Assembly: GCA_041497675.1 (NCBI GenBank)
Contig: JBGQGY010000098.1
Location: 1-14,201, forward strand
Source: a bacterium
GTDB taxonomy: Bacteria; Sysuimicrobiota; Sysuimicrobiia; Sysuimicrobiales; Humicultoraceae
Length of the DNA: 14,201 nt
Reading direction: 5' to 3'
Numbering within the stretch: position 1 is the first letter of the stretch; every line of letters starts with the position of its first letter. Below, piece by piece: positions 1 through 7,956 of the stretch. The position numbers were made by a program, and so were the translations under genes. A model generated the notes under the pieces. It was given only the letters and a program-made list of their open reading frames with translations, was not told where the DNA came from and searched no databases.

Positions 1-1512
1 CGTCTTGATGTTCTTAAACGCCTGGTAGATCGCCGGGCCGAAGTATCGCTCGAGAAACCAGCCGCGCACCATCCCGTCGCCGTGCTCGGCGCTGAACGCG
101 CCGCCGAACTCGATGACCAGTTCGCCGACCGCCTCGGCGATGGCGCGCATCGTGTCGACCTGCTGCGCGTCCTTCAAGTTGATCAGCGGTCTGACGTGGA
201 GACACCCCACGCTTGCGTGCGCATAGATCGCGGCGCGGATCCCGTACCGGTCGAGGATCTGTTGGAATCGGTCGATGTAGGCGGCGAGACGCTCCGCCGG
301 GACAGCGGTGTCTTCGACAAAGGCGATCGGCTTGCTGTCACCCTTGACGCCCTGCAGTAACCCTTGTCCGGCCTTGCGGACGCGCCAGATGTTGTCCTGG
401 GTGGGGAAATCGAGCGCCTGCAATACCGCATAACCCATCTTCGCCCCGGCCAGCGTGCGCTCCATCGCGTCGAGCCGCGAGCGCGCCTCGTCCAGGGTGT
501 CGCCGGAGAACTCGACGACCAGGATCGCTGCCGGGTCACCCTCCACGAACGTCATGCGCCGGGCGAATTCGGGCTGCGTGCGGGTCATTTCCATGATCAT
601 GCGATCGATCAGTTCGACCGCCGACGGCCCGAGCGGCAAGATCAACGGGACCGCTTCGAGCGCCTGGCGCAGATCGCGGAAGTGCACGACGGCGACGACC
701 GCGTGCGGTGGTCGCGGCACGATGCGAACCGTCGCTTCGGTCACAATCCCGAGGGTGCCTTCCGATCCGACGATAAGCCGGGCCAGGTTGAACGGCCGCA
801 TGAACGTCTCGGGCAGGTTGTACCCGGCGACGCGGCGCAGCAGCTTCGGATACCGCCGCTCGATCTCGTCACGGTTCGCTTCGGAGGTGTCAAGAACAGC
901 CTGATAGAGCCGTCCTTCACGTGACGACTCCTGCCGCTTCGCCGCAAGCCTGGTGTCATCGAGCGGCCCAATCGTCAGCTCGGTGCCGTCCCCGAGGTGC
1001 ATCTGCAGCCCCAGGACGTGGTCGACCATCTTGCCGTACACGATCGACCGCGCCCCGCACGAGTTGTTGCCGATCATCCCGCCGAGCGTCGCGCGGTTGC
1101 TGGTGGCGGTGTCTGGACCCAGGCGAAAGCCGTGCGGGGCGAGGGCCGCGTTCAACACGTCCTGGACCACTCCCGGCTGCACCCGCGCGATGCCCCGACC
1201 GGGATCGAGCTCCAGGATGCGGTCCATGTACTTGGAGCAGTCGAGTACCACGGCCCGGCCGACCGTCTGACCGGCCAGGCTGGTGCCGGCGCCGCGGGGG
1301 AGCACCGGCACCCCGTCCTCCGCGCAGGCGCGAAGCGTAGCGGCGATATCGTCGGCGTCGCGCGGGACGACGACGCCGATCGGCATGATCTGATAGATGC
1401 TCGCATCGGTGCTGTAGAGGACGCGGGAGACCGCGTCAAAGCGAACGTCGCCTTTGACGGACGCGGTGAGCGTGCGCGCCAGACTGCCGAACTCGGAGGA
1501 TGAATTCGTCAC
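1..1512 (-). CDS. FAD-binding oxidoreductase (GlcD/YdiJ-like FAD-linked oxidase), 3' end truncated by the window edge
   Basis: Not in the ORF track because it has no stop inside the window. Manual translation from GTG at 1512 gives VTNSSSEFGSLARTLTASVKGDVRFDAVSRVLYSTDASIYQIMPIG...PRGAGTSLAGQTVG...GPDTATSNRATLGGMIGNNSCGARSIVYG...GGAFSAEHGDGMVRG. Both ends are in the same frame. PRGAGTS, GGMIGNNSCG and EHGDG are typical of this family. Confidence 0.9.
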   Translation of the reverse strand, partial: MTNSSSEFGSLARTLTASVKGDVRFDAVSRVLYSTDASIYQIMPIGVVVPRDADDIAATLRACAEDGVPVLPRGAGTSLAGQTVGRAVVLDCSKYMDRILELDPGRGIARVQPGVVQDVLNAALAPHGFRLGPDTATSNRATLGGMIGNNSCGARSIVYGKMVDHVLGLQMHLGDGTELTIGPLDDTRLAAKRQESSREGRLYQAVLDTSEANRDEIERRYPKLLRRVAGYNLPETFMRPFNLARLIVGSEGTLGIVTEATVRIVPRPPHAVVAVVHFRDLRQALEAVPLILPLGPSAVELIDRMIMEMTRTQPEFARRMTFVEGDPAAILVVEFSGDTLDEARSRLDAMERTLAGAKMGYAVLQALDFPTQDNIWRVRKAGQGLLQGVKGDSKPIAFVEDTAVPAERLAAYIDRFQQILDRYGIRAAIYAHASVGCLHVRPLINLKDAQQVDTMRAIAEAVGELVIEFGGAFSAEHGDGMVRGWFLERYFGPAIYQAFKNIKT

Positions 1513-1521
1513 GCGGCCTTT

Positions 1522-1546
1522 CTTCGGCTGCGCGGTTGGCCCTCCT
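1522..1546 (-). promoter_or_regulatory. Putative SigH-like promoter (AGGA-N17-GAAG) 9 nt upstream of the oxidoreductase start
   Basis: Minus strand reads GGAAGGA gggccaaccgcgcagcc GAAG aaaggccgc GTG. The spacing matches the element at 7314-7338. Confidence 0.4.
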
Positions 1547-1571
1547 TCCGCGCGCCTCGGAAATACGGCTA

Positions 1572-1580
1572 TGTTACAAT
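1572..1580 (+). promoter_or_regulatory. Extended -10 promoter element (TGtTACAAT) for the yggT / Lrp-domain genes
   Basis: TG-N-TACAAT in an AT-rich patch, 45 nt upstream of the ATG at 1626. Confidence 0.6.
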
Positions 1581-1625
1581 TACGGTGGTGTCGCGCCTCG
1601 TGTCGTTTCGAGGCGAGGGAGACAG

Positions 1626-1907
1626 ATGGGGCTCCTGTTCCTACTCCTTGACCGCGCGTTCCAGGTTGTCTCGGCGTTGATCCTCATTCGCGTCTTGCTC
1701 TCCTGGGCCGGAGTCTTCGGTCTCAATCAACCGATCGTGCGCACCGTCGATCGGGCGGTCCATCAGCTCACCGCGCCCATCATCGACCCTATCAGACGTG
1801 TGATGCCCCCGGCGGGTGGTCTCGACCTGTCACCGCTGATCGCGTTGTTGCTGCTCCAGGTCGCCAACCAGCTTCTCCACACGGTGCTGTTGAGCATGCT
1901 CCCCTGA
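1626..1907 (+). CDS. yggT: YggT family membrane protein
   Basis: MGLLFLLLDRAFQVVSALILIRVLLSW...LTAPIIDPIRRVMPPAGGLDLSPLIALLLL contains the YggT motifs IRxLLSW and PIRR..GGLDLSP. SD GAGGGAG precedes ATG 1626, so the track start at 1500 is too long. Confidence 0.92.
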   Translation: MGLLFLLLDRAFQVVSALILIRVLLSWAGVFGLNQPIVRTVDRAVHQLTAPIIDPIRRVMPPAGGLDLSPLIALLLLQVANQLLHTVLLSMLP

Positions 1908-1934
1908 GCGGGGAGCCGGCGGGAGGACACAGCA

Positions 1935-2177
1935 ATGGTGCAGGCCTACGTGCTGATCCGCATTCTGCCTGGAAAATTGGGGGACGCGCTGTCACAAATC
2001 CAAAAGACGCCCGGCGTGAAAATGGCGCACGCGGTCACCGGTCCGACGGATATCATCGCCTACGTCGAGACCGAGAGTATGGACACGCTTGGGCGGCTGA
2101 TCGTCTCGCGCTTTCAAGAGACGCCCGGTGTCACGCGTACCACCACGTGTGTGGTGACGCCGGTCAGCGGCGCCTAG
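1935..2177 (+). CDS. Lrp/AsnC ligand-binding (RAM) domain protein with no HTH
   Basis: 80 aa, MVQAYVLI...AHAVTGPTDIIAYVE...PGVTRTTTCVV. SD GGGAGG upstream. Confidence 0.88.
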   Translation: MVQAYVLIRILPGKLGDALSQIQKTPGVKMAHAVTGPTDIIAYVETESMDTLGRLIVSRFQETPGVTRTTTCVVTPVSGA

Positions 2178-2191
2178 GTGCCCGACGTGTC

Positions 2192-3403
2192 TTACGACGA
2201 GCGCGACACCTGACGCGGCAGCAGCGCGACACAGACCAAGGACGGGAGCGCCAGTCCCAGGCTCGCCGTTAGTGTACCGGTCAGCCCGATCCGATCGGCG
2301 ACGGCCCCCACCAGCGTGAGCGAGACCCCCGCAATGCCCCACGCCATGCCCGTGACCATGCTGCTCGCGAGGCTCGCGCGGCGCGGGAGCATCTCTTGCG
2401 CCATCGCCACATTGACCGGCGCTCCAAGGTAGAGCGTCAGGCCGCCGAGGGCAAGCGCCACCAAGCCCCACGCCGACGTCGTCTGCGTGAAGAGAAAGAG
2501 CAACGGCGGGCTCAAGATAAATGAGGCGGCCAAAATCGCACGGCGGCCGACCCGGTCAGACAGAATCCCGCCGGCAAACCCGCCAAATGCACCGATGCCT
2601 CCAAACAAAAAGACGGCGGTCGCGCCGGCAATCAGCGATTGGCCGCGCTCCCGCATCAACAGCGGGAGAAAGAGGATGAACGAGAGCGAGATGATGCCGC
2701 GGATCACCGCGATCAGCCAAATGACCACCAGCACGCGGCCGTGCTGGCGCAAATCGCTCCTCAGCGTGTCGGGGGCGGGCACGCGGGCCGGCCGCAGCGA
2801 GCGCACGTGCCGCCACAGGAACGCGCAGGCGATCAAACCCGGTATGGCGGCGATCACCGTGCCGTGCAGTCCGACCGCGCCCACGATCAGCGCCACATAG
2901 AGTGGTCCCACCGCGTATCCGAGTTCTCCACCTGCCACGAACACGGACAACGCCGTGCCCCGCCGCGCACCCCCAAGCGATCCGGCGAGCGCGAACGATT
3001 GCGGGTGGAATGAGGCCACGCCGACACCGGTGATAAACAGGATCAGCAGCATCAAGCCGTACGATGGCGCGAGCCCCACGAGCCCCATCCCCACGATCGT
3101 GAGCAGGGGGCCGAGGATCGTGAACAGCGGTCGCGACGTGCGATCCGCGGCCAGACCGAAGAACGGTTGGGAGAGGGCCGCCGACGCGTTGAACGTCGTC
3201 CCGGTAAGACCAGCGAGGGTGAGCGACAGGCCGAACTTGCTGACGACCAGCGGGAGCATGGGCGCCAGAAACGCCGCGTAGACGTCGTTGAGGAAGTGCG
3301 CAAACGCCATAGTGAGGAGCACGGACCACGCAAGGCGTTCAGGGCGCGGAAGGGTCGCCGCGCGGCGCGTGTCCTGAGGGACCGGCACGGCGCCGTCGCT
3401 CAT
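2192..3403 (-). CDS. MFS transporter, Fsr (fosmidomycin resistance)-like
   Basis: 403 aa with about 12 hydrophobic segments. Motifs AHFLNDVY, LSQPFFGLAADR, GVASFHP and GGILSDRVGRR. Confidence 0.9.
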   Translation of the reverse strand: MSDGAVPVPQDTRRAATLPRPERLAWSVLLTMAFAHFLNDVYAAFLAPMLPLVVSKFGLSLTLAGLTGTTFNASAALSQPFFGLAADRTSRPLFTILGPLLTIVGMGLVGLAPSYGLMLLILFITGVGVASFHPQSFALAGSLGGARRGTALSVFVAGGELGYAVGPLYVALIVGAVGLHGTVIAAIPGLIACAFLWRHVRSLRPARVPAPDTLRSDLRQHGRVLVVIWLIAVIRGIISLSFILFLPLLMRERGQSLIAGATAVFLFGGIGAFGGFAGGILSDRVGRRAILAASFILSPPLLFLFTQTTSAWGLVALALGGLTLYLGAPVNVAMAQEMLPRRASLASSMVTGMAWGIAGVSLTLVGAVADRIGLTGTLTASLGLALPSLVCVALLPRQVSRSS

Positions 3404-3479
3404 CGGCCGTTGTCCGGGATAAAAACCTCGTTGGTGTGACTGTAGGTTCCGCCGGAAGCGCGCACGGGTGGTCGGGTGC

Positions 3480-3944
3480 TCAGCGGGCGCGCACCGCGCG
3501 GCGCGGGCGCTTGATGGCTCGGGCCCGGCGACGACCGTCGCGCGTTGGCAGGGTCTCCTCCCAGGTCACGATGCTGTGGAAGAAGACCTTATCGCCTTCT
3601 TCCAGCCCGCGGGTGATCTCGGTGATGTGCATCTTGGTCGCGCCAAATTGCTTCAGCGCGTACTCGACGGCGGCTTCGGGCTTCGCTTCATCCCCACAGG
3701 TGAAGATGTCCAGGGCCACATAGCCGTGTTCGGGCCAGGTATGCACCGACAGATGCGATTCGGAGATCACCACGACGCCCGAGACCCCGCTGGGCGGAAA
3801 GCGATGAAACGAGATCGACCAGACCGTGACGCCCGCAACTTCCGCTGCGCGCACCAGGATCTGCTCTACAGTCTCAACCTTCCCGATGATCTCGGGAGCA
3901 CACCCCGAGCCCTCGGCGACATAATGGTGCCCGACCGGCTCCAT
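3480..3944 (-). CDS. speD: S-adenosylmethionine decarboxylase proenzyme (pyruvoyl-dependent, class 1B)
   Basis: FPPSGVSGVVVISESHLSVHTWPEHGYVALDIFTCG includes the ESH self-cleavage site. SD GGAGG upstream. Confidence 0.9.
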   Translation of the reverse strand: MEPVGHHYVAEGSGCAPEIIGKVETVEQILVRAAEVAGVTVWSISFHRFPPSGVSGVVVISESHLSVHTWPEHGYVALDIFTCGDEAKPEAAVEYALKQFGATKMHITEITRGLEEGDKVFFHSIVTWEETLPTRDGRRRARAIKRPRRAVRAR

Positions 3945-3993
3945 CTCCCACCTCCCCGATCACGCGTGAACGCGACGAGTTGTCCGAGATCAG

Positions 3994-4022
3994 ATGGTAG
4001 AATTCGCCGTCCGGGGTGTCAA
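3994..4022 (-). promoter_or_regulatory. Sigma70-type promoter for speD (TTGACA-N17-TACCAT)
   Basis: Minus strand TTGACA (4022-4017), a 17-nt spacer, then TACCAT (3999-3994). The -35 overlaps the dedA stop codon. Confidence 0.75.
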
Positions 4023-4666
4023 CGCATTCTTGCGGCCGACCGCTCCTGCCAGATGGTGAAGACCATCGGGAGGAAGGAGATCAAGATGATCCCGATGATC
4101 ACCAGCCCAAAATGCTGCTGCACCACTGCAAGGTTGCCGAAGAAGAATCCGCCGAGGACGAACAACGCGACCCACATGATGCCGCCGAGGACATTGTACG
4201 TGGCGAATCGCCGGTAGGTCATGCGCCCAAGCCCGGCCACGAACGGGGCGAACGTGCGCACGATGGGGACGAAACGGGCCAGGATGATTGTCCGTGCGCC
4301 GTGCCGTTCGTAGAACTGGTGCGTGCGGTCGAGATGCTCTTGTTTGATCAACCGGATCCTCTTGCCCCCGACCAGACGATCGCCGAGCGCGTGACCGACC
4401 CAGTAGTTGGCGGCATCGCCAACGATCGCGGCGACGGCGAGCAATACTGCGAGCAGCCCGATATCGAGCGACCCGCGCGCGGCGATGGCGCCCGCGGCGA
4501 ACAGCAGCGAATCCCCGGGCAGGAAAGGCGTAACAACCAGTCCGGTCTCGGCAAAGATGATCAGAAACAGCAGGGCGTAGGCCCAGGTCCCGTAGTCCCG
4601 GATGAAGAGGTCGAGGTATCGGTCGAGGTGCAGGATGAACTCGACCGCATGCGCGAGCAGCTCCAC
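4019..4666 (-). CDS. dedA: DedA family membrane protein
   Basis: FAETGLVVTPFLPGDSLLFAAG, GDAANYWVG and ARFVPIVRTFAPFVAG are canonical DedA motifs. Confidence 0.95.
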   Translation of the reverse strand: MELLAHAVEFILHLDRYLDLFIRDYGTWAYALLFLIIFAETGLVVTPFLPGDSLLFAAGAIAARGSLDIGLLAVLLAVAAIVGDAANYWVGHALGDRLVGGKRIRLIKQEHLDRTHQFYERHGARTIILARFVPIVRTFAPFVAGLGRMTYRRFATYNVLGGIMWVALFVLGGFFFGNLAVVQQHFGLVIIGIILISFLPMVFTIWQERSAARMR

Positions 4667-4668
4667 GC

Positions 4669-5916
4669 TTATCCCGGCTGCGCGACCCGGCCGGGCTCCG
4701 CGCGGCGGCGCTGATTGCGCGCCCGGTACATCGCGGCGTCGGCTCTGGCGATAAGAGTGTCGGCGTCACCGCCGTCGGTCGGGGCCGTGGCCACACCGGC
4801 ATCCAATCCCAACTCGATGCGCCGGGTGCCCACGACGAAAGGCGTCTCGGCCACAAGCCCGATCAACCGCTCGGCGACGACGTCGGCTTCGTGCCGCTCG
4901 GTCCGCGGCAGGATCATCGCGAACTCATCGCCGCCAAATCGAAAGACCAGATCGCCCGGCCGCACCGCGCCGTCGAGCAGACGCGCGAACTGCTGGAGGA
5001 CGACGTCGCCAACCAGGTGGCCGTGCGTGTCGTTGACCGCCTTGAAGCCCACCAGGTCGAGCAGCGCCAGGCTGAACGGCGTCACCGACCGGAGCTCGCG
5101 GCTGAACTCTTCTTCGAGCCGGATGCGAAAGTGACGGCGGTTGTAGAGGCCCGTCAGGGGATCGGTAATCGAGAGCCGCTCGACGGCGACGAGCGCGTCG
5201 GCCAGTTTCCGGTTCGCGTCGGCGAGACGCTCACTGGCCGCACGGGCGTCGTAGGTACCCTTGAGCGCCAGGCTGGCCAACAACCACGTGGAGAAACCCA
5301 GCAGCGCCCCGACGTCTCCGAGCGACGCGAACAGCAACCCGATGATGTAGCCCATCGGCGCCATGCTGGCCGAGAGCAGGAACGTCCGGGCGACCACGGG
5401 CGGTTGGACGAACCGGACCTCGCCGGTCTGCATCACGCGGCCGCCGAGCGTGAACGCCGTGTTGACCAGCGCATAGATGACACCGGCCAGCATGAACATG
5501 TCGAAGCGTTGACCGGTGAAGCGGGACAGCACGACGGGCAGGATCGCAGCCGCCGCCGCGATGCTCACCGTGATATTGCCGAGATCGTACGCGGCGCGCC
5601 AGATCGGCCGCCGCACGCGAATCCAGAAGACCAGGAGGCTGACCACCGTGAGCATGACCGCGGCCTGCCAACCGTACAAGAAGAGCACCGCCAGCGAGAT
5701 GCCGCTCTGAGGTATGAAGGTGATGCCCTCAGGCAACTGAAAGGCGATGACCGCTGAGAGCACCGACATCGATCCAAACAGGAGCCACGTGCGCCAGGGG
5801 ATGGCCGGGGCCTGCGTCACCGCCATCACGACGAGCGCCGCCCCGACAACGCCGAGCACGCCGGCGGCGAGCCTGTACGCCGGAGGGTATGGTGCGGCCA
5901 CGACCGCGGGCGGCAT
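4669..5916 (-). CDS. Diguanylate cyclase with an N-terminal multi-pass membrane (MASE-like) sensor
   Basis: Hydrophobic N-terminal half, a coiled-coil linker, TDPLTGLYNRRHF, FKAVNDTHGHLVGD and RPGDLVFRFGGDEF (intact GGDEF plus RxxD I-site). Start placed at ATG 5916 because the TTG at 5964 overlaps the upstream gene. Confidence 0.9.
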   Translation of the reverse strand: MPPAVVAAPYPPAYRLAAGVLGVVGAALVVMAVTQAPAIPWRTWLLFGSMSVLSAVIAFQLPEGITFIPQSGISLAVLFLYGWQAAVMLTVVSLLVFWIRVRRPIWRAAYDLGNITVSIAAAAAILPVVLSRFTGQRFDMFMLAGVIYALVNTAFTLGGRVMQTGEVRFVQPPVVARTFLLSASMAPMGYIIGLLFASLGDVGALLGFSTWLLASLALKGTYDARAASERLADANRKLADALVAVERLSITDPLTGLYNRRHFRIRLEEEFSRELRSVTPFSLALLDLVGFKAVNDTHGHLVGDVVLQQFARLLDGAVRPGDLVFRFGGDEFAMILPRTERHEADVVAERLIGLVAETPFVVGTRRIELGLDAGVATAPTDGGDADTLIARADAAMYRARNQRRRAEPGRVAQPG

Positions 5917-5935
5917 CGCCGGCGGTGACGCGTGC

Positions 5936-7303
5936 CTAGGTTCGGTCGGCAAAATTGTAGGCAAATCGGATCACTGTTTCTATGCCCCGGTGGAAGTCCT
6001 TTAAGGCGAACTTCTCGTTGGGCGCGTGCAGGTTATCGTCGGAGAGACCAAAACCCATCAAGACCGTCGGGATCTTGAGCGTGCTGGAGAATCCGGCCAC
6101 GATCGGGATGCTGCCGCCGCTGCGCGTGAAGACCGGAGGCGTCCCATAGACGGCCTCCAGCGCCCGCGCCGCGGCCCGCACCGCCGGCGCGTCGGGAGAT
6201 ACCAAGACGGGCGGCGCCATGGCCAGTTGCCGGACGTCGACACGGACGCCCGGTGGTGCGTGGCGCTGCACGAACCGGGTGAGCTGTAAGAAGATGCGCT
6301 CCGGTCGCTGATCCGGCACGAGCCGCATGCTCACCTTCGCCGTCGCGCGCGCTGGAATGACCGTCTTCATCCCCTCGCCCACGAACCCTCCGGCGATCCC
6401 GTGGACGTCGAGGGTCGGGCGCGCCCACATCCGGTCGAGGACCGGATGGCCGGCCTCCCCCGGCGCGACGTCCGCGCCGGTCTCGCGCAGCACGTCCGCA
6501 TCGGTAAACGGTAGGCGCGACCACGCGTCGCGCTCGGCCGCGTCGGGCATGCGCACGCGACCGTAGAAGCCCGGAATCCTGATGCGCCCGTGTTTGTCCT
6601 TGAGGGCCGCCACGATCTCCGCTGCCGCGCCCACGGCATTCGGCGCCACCCCGCCGTATTGCCCCGAGTGCAGATCGCGGCGCGCGCCCGTGACCTCGAT
6701 CTCAGTGTAGAGAATGCCGCGCAGCCCGGTCGTGATCGTCGGCAGGTTCGGCGCGAAGAGCGACCCGTCGCTGACGAGCGCCGCGTCGGCCTGCAGCCGG
6801 CGGCGGTGCTTTGCGAGGTACGCCGGCAGTGATGGACTGCCGATCTCTTCCTCTCCTTCCAGCAAGAACTTGACGTTCACCGGAAGCCGGCCCGCGGTAC
6901 GGAGGATCGACTCGAACGCCTTGATGTGTATGAACAACTGTCCTTTGTCATCGGAAGCCCCTCGGGCGTAGAGCGTGTCGCCTTCAATGGTTGGCTCGAA
7001 CGGCGGGCGGCGCCACAGATCGAGCGGCTCGGGAGGCTGCACGTCGAAGTGCCCGTAGCAGAGCAGTGTGGGGCGCCCCTCAGCTTTGAGCCAGTCGGCC
7101 CGCACGACCGGGTGGCGCTCTGTGGGTTCGACACGCGCAGTGAACCCGAGGGACTCCAGGTGGCCGGCAAGCCACTGCGCCGCCTGCATCACGTCGCCGG
7201 CGCGATCGGGCGCCGTGCTGATGCTGGGAATGCGGACCAGATCGATCAGTTCGCGGACGAAGGACGCGCGGTGCTCGCGCGCGTAGGTGATGGCGGCATC
7301 CAT
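5936..7303 (-). CDS. M20 family metallo-dipeptidase (CNDP/Dug1-like)
   Basis: YGHFDVQP, ARGASDDKGQ, EGEEEIGS, DLHSG, GGSIP and HAPNE. Confidence 0.93.
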   Translation of the reverse strand: MDAAITYAREHRASFVRELIDLVRIPSISTAPDRAGDVMQAAQWLAGHLESLGFTARVEPTERHPVVRADWLKAEGRPTLLCYGHFDVQPPEPLDLWRRPPFEPTIEGDTLYARGASDDKGQLFIHIKAFESILRTAGRLPVNVKFLLEGEEEIGSPSLPAYLAKHRRRLQADAALVSDGSLFAPNLPTITTGLRGILYTEIEVTGARRDLHSGQYGGVAPNAVGAAAEIVAALKDKHGRIRIPGFYGRVRMPDAAERDAWSRLPFTDADVLRETGADVAPGEAGHPVLDRMWARPTLDVHGIAGGFVGEGMKTVIPARATAKVSMRLVPDQRPERIFLQLTRFVQRHAPPGVRVDVRQLAMAPPVLVSPDAPAVRAAARALEAVYGTPPVFTRSGGSIPIVAGFSSTLKIPTVLMGFGLSDDNLHAPNEKFALKDFHRGIETVIRFAYNFADRT

Positions 7304-7313
7304 GTCGCGGAGG

Positions 7314-7338
7314 ATTCGACGGCCGCCGCAGCGCTCCT
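7314..7338 (-). promoter_or_regulatory. Putative SigH-like promoter (AGGA-N17-GAAT) positioned for a leaderless dipeptidase mRNA
   Basis: Minus strand AGGA gcgctgcggcggccgtc GAAT cctccgcgac ATG. No SD before ATG 7303. Confidence 0.5.
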
Positions 7339-7903
7339 ATCCGCTGCGGCGCAGCCGTACCCGCAGGCGCACGGTGACCGGGTCCTCGGCCGCAAAGATC
7401 AGAAAGCGCGGGATGGGAATCCCGTACTCGCTCAGCTTGACGACGACTTCGCCGGAGGCGCGGTACTCATCGGCGAGCGCAGTGACCTCAAGCGGCAGCT
7501 CGATCTCGCGTGCGGCGTCGCGAATCGTCAACTGCCCCTTCATCAGCACCCGCATCATGGTCGCCATCGCTCGGTCGCGGTTGATCATGGTCCCCTTGAA
7601 GGTAATGAAGGGAAACTGTTCGGTCCGCAGGAAGTCGCGCCGCATCTGTGCGTCTCGCATGCCGTTGCCGGTGATCAGCGTGCGGGCGTCGATGCGGCCG
7701 TCGACGGTCGCGCTAAACGTCTCGCCTTCTCCCCTGACGGTCACGGTGCCCTCGACACGATCCGTGCTGCCCGTGAATCCTCCGCGGTTGTCGCGCATGA
7801 CGAACTCGACCCGACTCTCACCCGGTTCGATGCGAAACGTCCCTATCGGCAACAGGGACGGCGCCTGCACCAGGACGACCGCCGCGGCGAGCCATCGTAG
7901 CAT
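7337..7903 (-). CDS. YceI family (polyisoprenoid/lipid-binding) secreted protein
   Basis: Signal-peptide-like MLRWLAAAVVLVQA, then SRVEF, TGNGMRDAQMR, QFPFITF and GQLTIRD. SD GAGGGG lies 8 nt before ATG 7903. Confidence 0.88.
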   Translation of the reverse strand: MLRWLAAAVVLVQAPSLLPIGTFRIEPGESRVEFVMRDNRGGFTGSTDRVEGTVTVRGEGETFSATVDGRIDARTLITGNGMRDAQMRRDFLRTEQFPFITFKGTMINRDRAMATMMRVLMKGQLTIRDAAREIELPLEVTALADEYRASGEVVVKLSEYGIPIPRFLIFAAEDPVTVRLRVRLRRSG

Positions 7904-7940
7904 TACACGCACCCCTCTCGACGAGACGATTCATCCCCTG

Positions 7941-7949
7941 TGGTACCAT
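7941..7949 (+). promoter_or_regulatory. Extended -10 element (TGgTACCAT) for a leaderless transcript of the 7957 gene
   Basis: TG-N-TACCAT followed by 7 nt and then the GTG start. No SD. Confidence 0.55.
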
Positions 7950-7956
7950 AAGCACC

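Noticed and set aside
14..1503. Many ORFs of 60-190 aa listed in the first 1.5 kb
   Set aside because: They are shadow frames of the minus-strand FAD oxidoreductase, which the track omitted because it runs off the edge.
1905..1937. The yggT TGA stop is in frame with the downstream Lrp-domain ATG, suggesting readthrough or a Sec fusion
   Set aside because: YggT is complete at this point, the second gene has its own GGGAGG SD, there is no Cys-like context, and no CGUGY-loop hairpin follows. A shared frame occurs one time in three by chance.
3404..3479. Possible ECF promoter (GGAAC...GTT) or TACAGT -10 upstream of the MFS gene
   Set aside because: The spacing is off consensus and there is no convincing -35. 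Too weak to call.
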